From assembly GCA_046290225.1 (NCBI GenBank), contig JBKAGE010000077.1, forward strand, positions 32,001-96,000: a DNA stretch of 64,000 nt, written 5' to 3'. A program made the translations under genes and the position numbers. The notes under the pieces were generated by a model, which saw only the letters and a program-made list of their open reading frames with translations, made no database searches and was not told where the DNA came from. Origin of the DNA: Bradymonadia bacterium (GTDB lineage: Bacteria; Myxococcota_A; Bradymonadia; UBA7976; UBA1532). Of this stretch, positions 20,017-29,928 are shown piece after piece (within the stretch, counting starts at the first letter, position 1; every line of letters starts with the position of its first letter).

Positions 20017-21348
20017 ATGCGGGGATCCCTGCTCATCGTGTTGATGTGTGCGCTGACGTCGATCGCTCATGGTCGAGCATCGGTGTACCTCGATGGCCGT
20101 GATCATTGGATCATCCGGCCGCTGACGCCGGTGAATCATCAGCTCAGGCTTCAGCTCGACCAGCCAGAAGCACAGCAGAGAGCGTTCGCCGACATGCAAC
20201 ATGACCGCGTGGCGTTTGCCTCTGACGGCCACATGGGTATGCGGCTCCAACTGCTCGATGGCTCACCGGGTCGTTATCATGGCTTCTATGTGGCCAACAC
20301 ATTCGCCGAAGCCCGGATGCTCGAGGGGCTGCACCTCAACATCAACCCCACCTTCTACAACCCAAGTGCAAGCGACGGTTATCGACTCTCCGCCAGGATC
20401 CAAACAGGGATCGCGCTCCACGCAGAAGGCACACTCACCGAAATCGATGGTGATCCACTGCAAATGCGGGCCCTGCTCCATGATCTCGGCTCGGTGACGA
20501 TCGGCGAAGGGCTGTTTCTCGAAGAATGGCTCTCAGAAGGCAACGCCGTGGGCTTGCGCTGGCGACACTTCGCCCTCGATCAGATGATGATCGGTCGTGC
20601 CCTGTGGCCTTCGGACGATCTCTACAGCATTGCCTTGAGCGCCTTTGATCGGGCGATCACTTTGAGTGCCCTGGCCTGGCTCTACGCGCTCAAGCCGCAT
20701 CCTCTGGTGTCTCTCTCTGGTGACTTCCCGATCACCTCATGGTGGCGCACGAGCGCGGAAGTGGGTCTCAACACCCGGCATGGTGCATGGGCGGCGCTGC
20801 TCAGGACTGACCTGAGAGGCCAGTGGGGTCACCGATTCAAAGCACACCTGTGCTACCAGGGCCGCTTCTATGAGGCCCGTGTGGCACCCCTCGACCAAGT
20901 GGTGCCCACAAGCGTGGAGTTCAACCTGCCCTGGCGAGAGTACGGATATGTGACCAACGCTGCGGAGTTCATGGGTGCTGCGGCAGAGCACACTCAACTC
21001 ACTCACAGCCTCATGGTGGAAGGCCGGCTGCGCCTGCTCGGCACGTTGAGCCTCTTTACAGATGTCGAAGGCATCTATCGGTGGGCTGACACGAGCGCTC
21101 TGGCGGTGACGCGGTTCCACCGACTGCCCGACGACACCCCCCTCCCCGGCGAGAGTTTGAGGTGGTTCTATCGCGCCGGGCTCAGCTGGCGCCCGTGGCC
21201 AGCGGCCCCCCACCGCCTCAAGACGATGGTGTTCAACAAGCACGTGATCGATCCGTCGACGTACCCGTTCGAGATTCGATACACCACAGAGTGGGCCCGG
21301 TTCCTGAGAGCCCCAGCCTGGGCGCTCGAGGTGGAGGTGTGGTTGTGA
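20017..21348 (+). CDS. Exported hypothetical protein, possibly an outer-membrane beta-barrel
   Basis: Signal peptide; amphipathic strands; C-terminal WALEVEVWL; coupled to the next gene by GTGA. Confidence 0.65.
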   Translation: MRGSLLIVLMCALTSIAHGRASVYLDGRDHWIIRPLTPVNHQLRLQLDQPEAQQRAFADMQHDRVAFASDGHMGMRLQLLDGSPGRYHGFYVANTFAEARMLEGLHLNINPTFYNPSASDGYRLSARIQTGIALHAEGTLTEIDGDPLQMRALLHDLGSVTIGEGLFLEEWLSEGNAVGLRWRHFALDQMMIGRALWPSDDLYSIALSAFDRAITLSALAWLYALKPHPLVSLSGDFPITSWWRTSAEVGLNTRHGAWAALLRTDLRGQWGHRFKAHLCYQGRFYEARVAPLDQVVPTSVEFNLPWREYGYVTNAAEFMGAAAEHTQLTHSLMVEGRLRLLGTLSLFTDVEGIYRWADTSALAVTRFHRLPDDTPLPGESLRWFYRAGLSWRPWPAAPHRLKTMVFNKHVIDPSTYPFEIRYTTEWARFLRAPAWALEVEVWL

Positions 21349-22448
21349 GACGACTCTGGCCTCTCGCAGTGATGTTGCTCGGCGCCTGCACCTTCACCCA
21401 CGAGCCAGCGCCTGCAGACACCCCCATCGACTTCTCCCTGGGTGACCTCGACCCTGACGACGAAGATGTGCTGCGGGCCGCGCTGCTGTGGCGGTATGGG
21501 GAGTCGGCGACGTTCTTCGTCACCAGCGACAGCCCTGTCTCGATCATGCCCGGTGAGATTGATCCCGCATCTGGCATGCCTGTGGGGCCTGCCCGTGGGC
21601 GCATCATGGCGCACATGCCGCCACAACACATCGTCGAACAGCTCACGGCGCTTCAATTTGGGGTCCTCATCGGAGAGACCCCTCCAGTCGCTCTGGCGGC
21701 GCCATGGCTGGTGGTCTACGTCGACGAAGACGACAACCAGCGCCTCACCCTGCCCCACCCCGCTCAGTCCGGAACGAGCCCCGATCGATTCGTGGCCATC
21801 ACGCATCCCCGAGAGACCCGCTTGTGGGCCATCACTCAGCTCGACGCGTGGTTCTCCTACCTCAACGCCTTCCAGCGTGATCGCTACTACACATCCACGG
21901 GCAATCGATACACGCCCTTTGTGTTCTTCCAGTCTTCAGGTGGTCTGGTGGACACACCAGAAGAGCTCGTCACCGAGCCGCTTCACCTCGATGTCGACGC
22001 CCTACAAACAGAAGGCACCCTCTTGTGTGTGGATAACACCGAGATCATTCCGTTCAACGGGCTGCCGCTGGAGTTCGTCGACGAGGGCATCCTGCAGATC
22101 GAAGGTGGGCTGAATCTGGTGGATATTCTGTGTCCATTTTCGGGCTGCCGGATCATCGATACGATGGCAGCGTTGGCAGACTTCATGGCCAGCCACCCTC
22201 ATCCAATTCAGGTGCGTACACAGTGCGTCGAGCTGCCTGAGCCAGCATTTCAGCCCAGCGTGACAGTCTACCGTGTGGACATCCCCACACTGGACTGCAC
22301 CGAGTGTCCATGTGACGCGGATCTGGACGAGCTGGTGCTGTACGCATCCAAGGACAACCCTCCAGAAGGCTGGCCGTGTGCAACGGATTGTGAGTTCGGT
22401 GTTCAGGCAGATGGTCTGTGCCAGCCAGATCCATCGGAAGAAAGGTAG
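21345..22448 (+). CDS. Hypothetical lipoprotein with Cys-rich C-terminus
   Basis: GTG start overlapping the upstream stop; RRLWPLAVMLLGAC lipobox. Confidence 0.7.
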   Translation: MRRLWPLAVMLLGACTFTHEPAPADTPIDFSLGDLDPDDEDVLRAALLWRYGESATFFVTSDSPVSIMPGEIDPASGMPVGPARGRIMAHMPPQHIVEQLTALQFGVLIGETPPVALAAPWLVVYVDEDDNQRLTLPHPAQSGTSPDRFVAITHPRETRLWAITQLDAWFSYLNAFQRDRYYTSTGNRYTPFVFFQSSGGLVDTPEELVTEPLHLDVDALQTEGTLLCVDNTEIIPFNGLPLEFVDEGILQIEGGLNLVDILCPFSGCRIIDTMAALADFMASHPHPIQVRTQCVELPEPAFQPSVTVYRVDIPTLDCTECPCDADLDELVLYASKDNPPEGWPCATDCEFGVQADGLCQPDPSEER

Positions 22449-22468
22449 GGGCTCAAAGTGAGCACCGA

Positions 22469-23155
22469 TCAGAGCTCGGGCACGGCCCAGTCGATCGGAT
22501 CTTTGCCCCAAGCCTCAAGCTGTGCGTTCACCTGGGAGAAGGGCTTGCTGTTGAAGAAGCCATTGCGGGCAGACAGCGGCGAGGGGTGAGCGCTCTGCAC
22601 GATGGCGTGGCGATCGGTGTCGATCCACTTGGCCTTCTTCTTGGCAGGACCACCCCACAGGATGAACACCACCTTCTCGGTGTTGGCATTGATGGACTTG
22701 ATCACGGCGTCAGTGAACTTCTCCCAACCCTGCTTGCGGTGGGAGTTGGGCTGATGGGCCCGGACGGTGAGCACGGTGTTGAGCATCAGCACGCCCTGCT
22801 CGGCCCAGTTGAGCAAGAAGCCGTGCTTGGCTCGAGGGATGCCCAGATCCGACTCCATCTCCTTGTACATGTTCACCAGGGAGGGCGGCACCCTGATGCC
22901 GGGCTTCACCGAGAAGCACAGGCCATGGGCCTGACCGACGTCGTGGTAGGGGTCCTGGCCGAGAAGCACCACCTTGAGGTTGTCGACAGAGGCCTTCTGG
23001 AAGGCGGTGAACGTCTCCTCTTCGGGGGGGAAGACCTGCTCGTTGGCCCGCTCGTTGGCGATGAACTCTTCGAGCTGGGCGAAGTAGGGCTTGTCGAGCT
23101 CGTCGCCGACGAGGGCGGACCAGTCTTCGGGAAGCAAATCTTTGAGGGTGCTCAT
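22469..23155 (-). CDS. ung: Uracil-DNA glycosylase (family 1)
   Basis: KVVLLGQDPYH, AHGLCFSV, PPSLVNMYKE, GVLMLNTVLTV, HPSPLSA. Confidence 0.97.
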   Translation of the reverse strand: MSTLKDLLPEDWSALVGDELDKPYFAQLEEFIANERANEQVFPPEEETFTAFQKASVDNLKVVLLGQDPYHDVGQAHGLCFSVKPGIRVPPSLVNMYKEMESDLGIPRAKHGFLLNWAEQGVLMLNTVLTVRAHQPNSHRKQGWEKFTDAVIKSINANTEKVVFILWGGPAKKKAKWIDTDRHAIVQSAHPSPLSARNGFFNSKPFSQVNAQLEAWGKDPIDWAVPEL

Positions 23156-23278
23156 GGGGGTTGCCTTCTCTCTGTGTGGGCCAGTGTTGTGAAAAGCTGC
23201 ATAGTGCGGGTACCAACGCAGCGCCTCGATGGCAAGGCAAAAGCAACTAAACATCTGTTCAGAAAACAATCAATCGAC

Positions 23279-24013
23279 ATGACCCATTCTGAAGACGCTC
23301 CCCCCTGTGTGCCCCTGGACAAAGGGTATGGCCTGGTCGACGGCACCTTCCTCGATCGCCCGAGCCAGATGGTGCTCATGGTGCACGTCGACGGCGCCCC
23401 TGCCCGCGTGCACATGGCCGATCGCGGACGCCTCAAGGGTGTGCTCACGCCTGACCGCACGCTCATCCTCGCCCGGCGACCCGAGCCTGGGCGCAAAACC
23501 GCTTACCAGGCCATGGCTGCGGTGATGGACGACGGCACGCTCGTCTCTCTCGACACCCACTCACCGAACCGACTGGTGAAGCAGGCCCTCGAGCGGCGGC
23601 TGTTTTCACCCCTGGCCGATCTGCCGGAGATCAAGCGCGAGGTCACCATCGGACACAGCCGCTACGACTTCGTGGCTCGAGGACCACAAGGCAGTTGTGT
23701 GCTGGAGGTGAAATCTGCCGGGCATATCGCTGCTGATCGGATCGCACGATTCCCTGATGCGGTGACCGAGCGTGGGCGTCGCCATGTGCTGGGGTTGCGC
23801 GATCTGGCCGCGGGCGGCCAGCGGACAGCTCTGCTCTTTGTCGTGCAAGGCGAGGCCAGGGCGGTGACGCCCTACCGTGCGGTGGACCCGGCTTTCGCCG
23901 AAGCGCTGGAGGCCGCAGCAGAGGCTGGCGTAGAGCTGTATGCGCAGCAGTGCCCACTCACTCGGGCAGGGTTGATTTGGGGATCGCCCTGCCCGGTGAT
24001 CCTCAATCTCTGA
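23279..24013 (+). CDS. sfsA: DNA/RNA nuclease SfsA
   Basis: HMADRGRL, REVTIGHSRYDF, LEVKS, FPDAVTERGRRH, DPAFAEAL; true start ATG 23279 within the 22418 ORF. Confidence 0.9.
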   Translation: MTHSEDAPPCVPLDKGYGLVDGTFLDRPSQMVLMVHVDGAPARVHMADRGRLKGVLTPDRTLILARRPEPGRKTAYQAMAAVMDDGTLVSLDTHSPNRLVKQALERRLFSPLADLPEIKREVTIGHSRYDFVARGPQGSCVLEVKSAGHIAADRIARFPDAVTERGRRHVLGLRDLAAGGQRTALLFVVQGEARAVTPYRAVDPAFAEALEAAAEAGVELYAQQCPLTRAGLIWGSPCPVILNL

Positions 24014-24032
24014 TCTGCTATAAACCCCGCCC

Positions 24033-24614
24033 ATGTTGCGCTTGAGAGCAGAAACCGACGACCGCTGGCTGCCCATGGTGCTCGAAGACTTCGACGCCTT
24101 CCTGCAGAGCCACGCCCACAATGAGCGAAAGGTGGCCACATCGGCCATCACCCTCGCCAGCCAGAACCCGCAGCACGTCGAGCTCGTCGACGCCATGGCC
24201 GCCCTCGCTCAAGAGGAGCTGAGCCACTTCCATCAAGTGTTCAAGCTCATCATCGCTCGAGGCGGCCAGCTCGGCTTCGACCGGCCCGATGTCTACATGC
24301 GGCAGATGTTCAGCCACGTGCGCAAGAAGCACACCCGCACGTTCCTGCTCGACCGGCTGGTGCTCTTCGGCATCATCGAAGCCCGGGGGCTCGAGCGCTT
24401 CACCCTGGTGGCCGAGGGCCTGCCCGAAGGTGACATGCGCGCGTTCTATCAAGAGCTCGTGCGCTGCGAAGCCCGGCACTGGTCCACCCACCATCGCCTC
24501 GCCCGGCTCTACTTCGAGGAAGACGAGGTGAAGGCCCGGCTCGACGAGATGCTCGATCTCGAAGCGCAGTCGTTTTCCGACCTGCCCCTGGCCCCAGTGC
24601 TCTATGGAGCATGA
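24033..24614 (+). CDS. miaE: tRNA-(ms2io6A) hydroxylase MiaE-like di-iron protein
   Basis: HAHNERK, EELSHF, DRLVLFGIIEARGLERF, FYQELVRCEARH. Confidence 0.85.
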   Translation: MLRLRAETDDRWLPMVLEDFDAFLQSHAHNERKVATSAITLASQNPQHVELVDAMAALAQEELSHFHQVFKLIIARGGQLGFDRPDVYMRQMFSHVRKKHTRTFLLDRLVLFGIIEARGLERFTLVAEGLPEGDMRAFYQELVRCEARHWSTHHRLARLYFEEDEVKARLDEMLDLEAQSFSDLPLAPVLYGA

Positions 24615-25387
24615 CGCAGCCCTTCATCGGACGCCGCCTGCTGGCGGTCTTTGCTCACCCTGACGACGAGGCCTATGCCGCCGCGGGCCTGATGGCGTGG
24701 TGCCTCGCAGAGGGCGCCGAGGTGTTCCTGCTCTGTCTGAGCCGCGGAGAGGGTGGGCGACCTCACCCCAGGAGCGGCGTCGAGGTGGCCCCAGAGACCC
24801 TCGGCGATCATCGTTGGGGAGAGCTCAAGGCCGCGTGCGCCGCCATAGGCTGCCCACCCCCCCTGGGCCGCGGGTTGCCTGATGGCCGCATCGAAGATCA
24901 CCTCGATGACGCCGCCGGCGCGGTACAGATGGCCCGAGACCGCCTGCAACCCGATGTGGTGGTCACGCTGGGCCCTGATGGCGCCTACGGTCATCGAGAT
25001 CATGTGGCGTGCACCGCCGCCGTCACGCGGGGCGCTCAGGGGCTGAGGGTGCTGCACGCGGCGTTTCCCCCCGGCATGTTCACCCCCATCCGTCGCGCCC
25101 TGAAGCGCCACCTCGGCAGCTCGGGGCTGGCCCCTCTGCCTCCAGGGGGCCTCGGCGTACCGCTCAAGTCGGCGGACATCGTGCTCGATCTCGGCGCTTA
25201 TCCCGAGCTGCGCACGATCAAACAGGCCACCCTCGCCGCCCACCGATCCCAGCTCGCCAAAGGCGATCCGCTGTCGTTCCTGCGCCCCGGGTTGGTGTTT
25301 CCGTTGCTACAACGCGAGGCCTTCGTCGTCGCCGAGGGGCCTCCGCTGCCCCACCCTGGCGCAGATCTCTTCGCGGGGCTGCCGTGA
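24611..25387 (+). CDS. PIG-L family deacetylase
   Basis: AHPDDE, SRGEGG, DGAYGHRDH, AHRSQ. Confidence 0.92.
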   Translation: MTQPFIGRRLLAVFAHPDDEAYAAAGLMAWCLAEGAEVFLLCLSRGEGGRPHPRSGVEVAPETLGDHRWGELKAACAAIGCPPPLGRGLPDGRIEDHLDDAAGAVQMARDRLQPDVVVTLGPDGAYGHRDHVACTAAVTRGAQGLRVLHAAFPPGMFTPIRRALKRHLGSSGLAPLPPGGLGVPLKSADIVLDLGAYPELRTIKQATLAAHRSQLAKGDPLSFLRPGLVFPLLQREAFVVAEGPPLPHPGADLFAGLP

Positions 25388-26514
25388 TGACAGTGCTGCA
25401 CCTCACCCGTGATCTGGCGCCGTCCGGTGTCGGAGGCCTCTCCACGGCGGTGTACGGCCTGGTCCACAGCCTCGCGGCGGTGGGGTGCCCGGGGGCCGTG
25501 GCTTCCTTCGACCGATGGCGGCCCAAAGCGCAACCTGGACCCGACGCCTCACCTCCAGAGGTCGCCGAGGAAGAGGGGGTGCCGGTCCTGCGGCTGCGCT
25601 ACGCCAGTCACTTGCCCGCCCTCACTGCGTGGATCTCTACCCTGAAGCCCTCAGTGATTTGCGTACACGATGCGCTGCTGTGGTCCACCCTCTCCACGCT
25701 GCCGGTGACGCCAGAGGCCACACTCTATGTGGCCCATGTGGCCCAGCAGCACACGAGCCGGATGCGTGGGCTTGAGGTCCCGACGATGGGTGCAGCGGGA
25801 GAGCGACAGGCGCTGTACGAAGCCACAGCAGTGGTGGCGCCTTCTCGGGCTGCAGCAATGGCCCTCGAAGCAGAGCGTCATGTGCACGTATTGCCATTGG
25901 GCATCGACGTACCCGAGCGCGCACCGACGGGTCTGCCCGCCACTCAGACAGTGGTCTACGTCGGGCGGCTCGGCGACATCAAAGGCACTGACGTGCTGCT
26001 CGACGCAGCCCACGCAACCTTGAGCGCGCGCCCATCATTGCGCTGGATGATCGTCGGCGGCCTGCCGGCGCACCAGAAAGCAGAGCGGCGGTGGCGTCGC
26101 CGATGGGATCGACTCGCCGGACCTCTGGCGCCGAGGCTGCAATGGCGGGGCTGGCTCGAAGGCGAGGCGCTGTCGCTGGCGTACGCCGACGCCACGACAG
26201 TGGTGGTGCCCAGCCGCTTCGAAACCTTCGGACAGGTCCCCCTGGAGGCCGGCGCCCACGGTCGGGCGGTGGTGGCCAGCAACGCAGGAGCGCTCTCGGA
26301 GCACATCGAGCACGGCATCACGGGGCTGCTGGTGCCACCGGGAGACGCCGGGGCCCTCGTCGAAGCCTTGGGCACGGTGCTCGACGATGCCGATCTCGCC
26401 CGGAGCCTCGGGGGCCACGCCGCAGCCCGGGCCCAGGGGCATCGATGGTCGGCGGTGGCCCCTCGATGGCAGGCCCTCTTCGACACCCTCGCCTCTGCCC
26501 TGGGCGCCCGATGA
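25387..26514 (+). CDS. Family 4 (GT-B) glycosyltransferase
   Basis: YVGRLGDIKG, PSRFETFGQVPLEA, TGLLVPPGD. Confidence 0.92.
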   Translation: MTVLHLTRDLAPSGVGGLSTAVYGLVHSLAAVGCPGAVASFDRWRPKAQPGPDASPPEVAEEEGVPVLRLRYASHLPALTAWISTLKPSVICVHDALLWSTLSTLPVTPEATLYVAHVAQQHTSRMRGLEVPTMGAAGERQALYEATAVVAPSRAAAMALEAERHVHVLPLGIDVPERAPTGLPATQTVVYVGRLGDIKGTDVLLDAAHATLSARPSLRWMIVGGLPAHQKAERRWRRRWDRLAGPLAPRLQWRGWLEGEALSLAYADATTVVVPSRFETFGQVPLEAGAHGRAVVASNAGALSEHIEHGITGLLVPPGDAGALVEALGTVLDDADLARSLGGHAAARAQGHRWSAVAPRWQALFDTLASALGAR

Positions 26515-27572
26515 GCGCTCACACCGCCCGATGGATCGGCGGCGGCTTTTGGGATGCCTTCTGGGTGCTCAACGGGGTGTGGTTGATGCTGCTCGCATGG
26601 CCCTTCATCCCCGAAGATGGCCGCGGCTGGGGCACGCTCCACCTGGTCTATTTCGTACCCACGGCCCTGCTCTGGCTCGGGCACCGCTTCAGCTCGACGT
26701 GGCTGGCGTGGTTCAGCGCCGCATACAGGCCCGTACGGCGGCGCCACCCAGTACGGTTCTTTGTGGTGCCCTTCGCTGTGGCCACCCTCGCCTTCTTCTG
26801 GCTGCTGGCGCCTATGTCGCTCGTCCCCATCGAGCCTGGGGTACGGCTGCTCTGGCTCGGCGTCATCGACTTCGGGCTCATCACCTGGCACTTCTCGGCC
26901 CAACATTTCGGGGTGTTGCGCCTCTATCGGGCCCGGGCGGGCGATCGAGGTGGGCGACGCCTCGATCGGCTCGTGGCCCTCGGCCTCGGCGGCGCGGCCA
27001 TCGTGGTGGCCGAGCTCTTCGTGGGCACGAGCCTGATCCTGGACGCGTGGCCACAATGGCAGCGCCCGTGGCACAGCTTCCGCGCGTGGGCTGAGGGTCC
27101 AGTCATGGTGATCATCGCCGCCTCGACGATCTGGGCGTTGATTCGGGGGCCAGCACATCTGGGTCACCGCCTCTACGTGGTGCAACTCGGCGCCTTGGCC
27201 CTCGGCGCCATGGTGTTGCCGCCAGCGGCCTTCGTCTTCGCGTGGACGATCCAACACTGGAGCGTGGCCATGGCCCTCGCCGGTCGCGTGGTGGGCCCAC
27301 GGCCCTGGCGCTGGATGCTGATGATGATGGTGGTGTCGGTGCTGGCCCTGCCCTGGCTCGAAGCCGACGTGGCGCAGAGCGCCGATGCATATGGTCCGTT
27401 TCTGTTTCCCACGTTGTCTGCCTGGATCCAGGCCTCACCGCTGGTGCCCACCCTGGTGGCGGCGGGCTTCGCCACCGGCTTTGTGCACTACACCCTTGAT
27501 CGAGCGGTGTTCAGGCTCTCAGATCCCGAGGTCCGGGCCGCCGCGGCCCATTTGCTGGAGCCGCCCTCATGA
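26511..27572 (+). CDS. Polytopic membrane protein with conserved His motifs
   Basis: Several TM segments; GHRFSS, WHFSAQHFG, IQHW, FVHYTLDRAVF. Confidence 0.75.
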   Translation: MSAHTARWIGGGFWDAFWVLNGVWLMLLAWPFIPEDGRGWGTLHLVYFVPTALLWLGHRFSSTWLAWFSAAYRPVRRRHPVRFFVVPFAVATLAFFWLLAPMSLVPIEPGVRLLWLGVIDFGLITWHFSAQHFGVLRLYRARAGDRGGRRLDRLVALGLGGAAIVVAELFVGTSLILDAWPQWQRPWHSFRAWAEGPVMVIIAASTIWALIRGPAHLGHRLYVVQLGALALGAMVLPPAAFVFAWTIQHWSVAMALAGRVVGPRPWRWMLMMMVVSVLALPWLEADVAQSADAYGPFLFPTLSAWIQASPLVPTLVAAGFATGFVHYTLDRAVFRLSDPEVRAAAAHLLEPPS

Positions 27573-28501
27573 TCATGCTCGCCGCTGTATTGTTTCTGGC
27601 TCAGGGGGCCCCTGCGCCCAAATACACCGTCGGCGACACGATGACGGTCCGCTCTACGGTGACCAGCCACATGCGCATGACCGGTGGCCCGCTCCCCGAG
27701 CTCGACATTCACCACACCGAGGTGGAGATCAGCACCGAGAAAGTGCTCTCTGTCGGCCCCGAGGGGGCCTGGCTCGAGATCACGCTCCAGTCCATGACTG
27801 ACAGCACGACGGGAGACGGTCAGACGAAGAAGACCGCGGCCTCTGCAGACAGCTCGATGGATCACCTCAAGGCTCAAGTGGAGATCTCCTCGGTGACGCG
27901 ACGCCAGCTGGCGGTCCTCGGGATCCCGGCCCACATCCTGGTGGGCCCACTGGGCAGGGTGAAGGCGGTCAAATTGCCCGAGGGCAGCGAAGCGGCCATC
28001 AACGCTCGCTACGCCGCTCTGGCCCCCGCCTCAGAGGCCGAGCCTCCCCCTGTGGACGACCACCCCCTCACCCGCATGCGGGATGCGACCACGTGGCAGC
28101 ACGGTCGAGCGTTCCGCACCGCCGAGATCGACGCTGACGGGCGCTGGACCACCGAAGAGCTGCGGCCCTCGATGTTCAAGGGCAAGGTGAAGCAGCAGCG
28201 CACCTACACCCCCGCAGGCACCAAGTCAGCCATACAGACGTTCACCATCAGCGGCACCGGGGCGCTCACCGACTCGATGATGCTGGCCCTCATGGTCACC
28301 GTGGACCAGTTCAAGATCGAAGGCAGCGCGCTCTATGACACACAGCGTCAACGCTGGGACACCATGGACGAGCGCTGGCAGATCAAAGCCACCCTCCGCG
28401 CCCCCAACCCCGAGAAGAAGCAGCGGGTCGACCCCATGGTGATCACCCGCACCGTGGAGATGAACACGCACACCGTGCGGCACATATTGCCCAACCCATG
28501 A
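27569..28501 (+). CDS. Exported hypothetical protein
   Basis: Short signal peptide, beta-rich, ATGA-coupled on both sides. Confidence 0.7.
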   Translation: MIMLAAVLFLAQGAPAPKYTVGDTMTVRSTVTSHMRMTGGPLPELDIHHTEVEISTEKVLSVGPEGAWLEITLQSMTDSTTGDGQTKKTAASADSSMDHLKAQVEISSVTRRQLAVLGIPAHILVGPLGRVKAVKLPEGSEAAINARYAALAPASEAEPPPVDDHPLTRMRDATTWQHGRAFRTAEIDADGRWTTEELRPSMFKGKVKQQRTYTPAGTKSAIQTFTISGTGALTDSMMLALMVTVDQFKIEGSALYDTQRQRWDTMDERWQIKATLRAPNPEKKQRVDPMVITRTVEMNTHTVRHILPNP

Positions 28502-29835
28502 CCACCCCACCGGCGCTGTTGACGCTCGCGCTCCAGAGCGCGCTCTTCGCGGTGCTCACCAATGGTTACCGCGTCGTCGACCAATACTGGATCCAGGACG
28601 TCTCGGTCGAAGCTCAAGGGGCCGTGGGGGCGTCGTTCTTCGTCATCATCCTCTACTACGCCGCCTTCGAGCTGATCGCCGCGGGCACCAGCCCGCTCAT
28701 CGCCCGAGCCACGGGGGCAGGAGACGCAGATCTACGCCGCCGGTTGCTCGGCCAGGGCCTCTTCGGCGTACTGGTCATGGCGGTGTTGATCATGGTCGCC
28801 GGCCTGCTGCTGGCCCCACACCTCGCCGGCGCCCTGGGGCTCACGGGGGAGACCGCCCGACAGTGCACGCTCTATCTGCGCACGCTGTCGCTCACGGTGT
28901 TGCCCATCGCGGCGACTCCGCTGGTGGATCAGACCTTCGTGAGCATGGGCCTGCCCCGAGCGCCCATGACGTTCCACGCCATCGCCCTCACGGTGAACGT
29001 GGTGCTGTCACCGGCCCTCATCTTCGGCCTCGACTGGGGCATCGTCGGCGCCGCGGTGGCCTCGACGCTCTCGTATGCGTCGACCTCGGGTATGGGCCTG
29101 ATTCTGCTCCGGCGCCTCACGGGCCTGAGCCTCGCCGATGTACGCCCGGGGCCCGAGCTGCGACAGATTCTGAAGATCGGCGGCCCCATCGCTTTGGGCA
29201 CGGCCCTCTACACGCTGGTGTACTGGGGCATGCTCAAGACCTCGATCTCACCTCTGGGCCCTGAGGTGAACGCCGCCCTGGGCATCGGCTTCTCCGCCCT
29301 GGAAGGGGTGTCCTGGCCTCTCACCCACGGCCTGGCCCTGGCCACGGCGGCCCTCGTGGGGCAGCACCTCGGCGCCGGCGACGTCGACGCGGCGAAAGCC
29401 CTGGTGCGCAAGACAGTGGTCATGAGCACCGCCTTGGGGCTGTTCATCAGCGCGGCGTTCTATTTCGGCGCCGGACCACTCACGGGCCTGTTCACCGACG
29501 AATCGGCAGTGCACCTGGAGGCGATTGTCTATGCCGAGGTGCTGGCGGCGTCGCAGCTCTTCGTGGCGTGGGAGTCCCTCTTCGAGGGGGTGCTCTCCGG
29601 GGCAGGGCACACCCGGGTGGTGTTCGTGTGGTCGGCGCCGCTCAATATTCTGCGGGTGCCCCTGGCCTGGTGGCTGGCTCACCCGTTGGGCTGGGGGGCG
29701 CCTGGGGTCTGGTGGGCCATCAACTTCACCACGTGGGTGAAGGCCATCGGCAAAGGATGGGCGGTGCGCAAAGGCGGATGGGCCACAGTGGGACTTTCTC
29801 CCATGAAGGCACACACAGAGACACAAGCGCCGTAG
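28498..29835 (+). CDS. MATE family efflux transporter
   Basis: IARATGAGD, NVVLSPALIFGLDWGIVGAAVAS, VGQHLGAG, LSGAGHT; about 12 TM. Confidence 0.92.
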   Translation: MTTPPALLTLALQSALFAVLTNGYRVVDQYWIQDVSVEAQGAVGASFFVIILYYAAFELIAAGTSPLIARATGAGDADLRRRLLGQGLFGVLVMAVLIMVAGLLLAPHLAGALGLTGETARQCTLYLRTLSLTVLPIAATPLVDQTFVSMGLPRAPMTFHAIALTVNVVLSPALIFGLDWGIVGAAVASTLSYASTSGMGLILLRRLTGLSLADVRPGPELRQILKIGGPIALGTALYTLVYWGMLKTSISPLGPEVNAALGIGFSALEGVSWPLTHGLALATAALVGQHLGAGDVDAAKALVRKTVVMSTALGLFISAAFYFGAGPLTGLFTDESAVHLEAIVYAEVLAASQLFVAWESLFEGVLSGAGHTRVVFVWSAPLNILRVPLAWWLAHPLGWGAPGVWWAINFTTWVKAIGKGWAVRKGGWATVGLSPMKAHTETQAP

Positions 29836-29928
29836 TCACCTGACTCACCCCCTCAGCATCGACGCCCTTGATCTCCCTCACCTTCAGGGGTGAAGGTCTT
29901 CCCAACACCACCGCTCCCCACAGGACAT

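Noticed and set aside
22418..23278. Long N-terminal extension on SfsA
   Set aside because: It is the antisense of ung; the plausible start is ATG 23279
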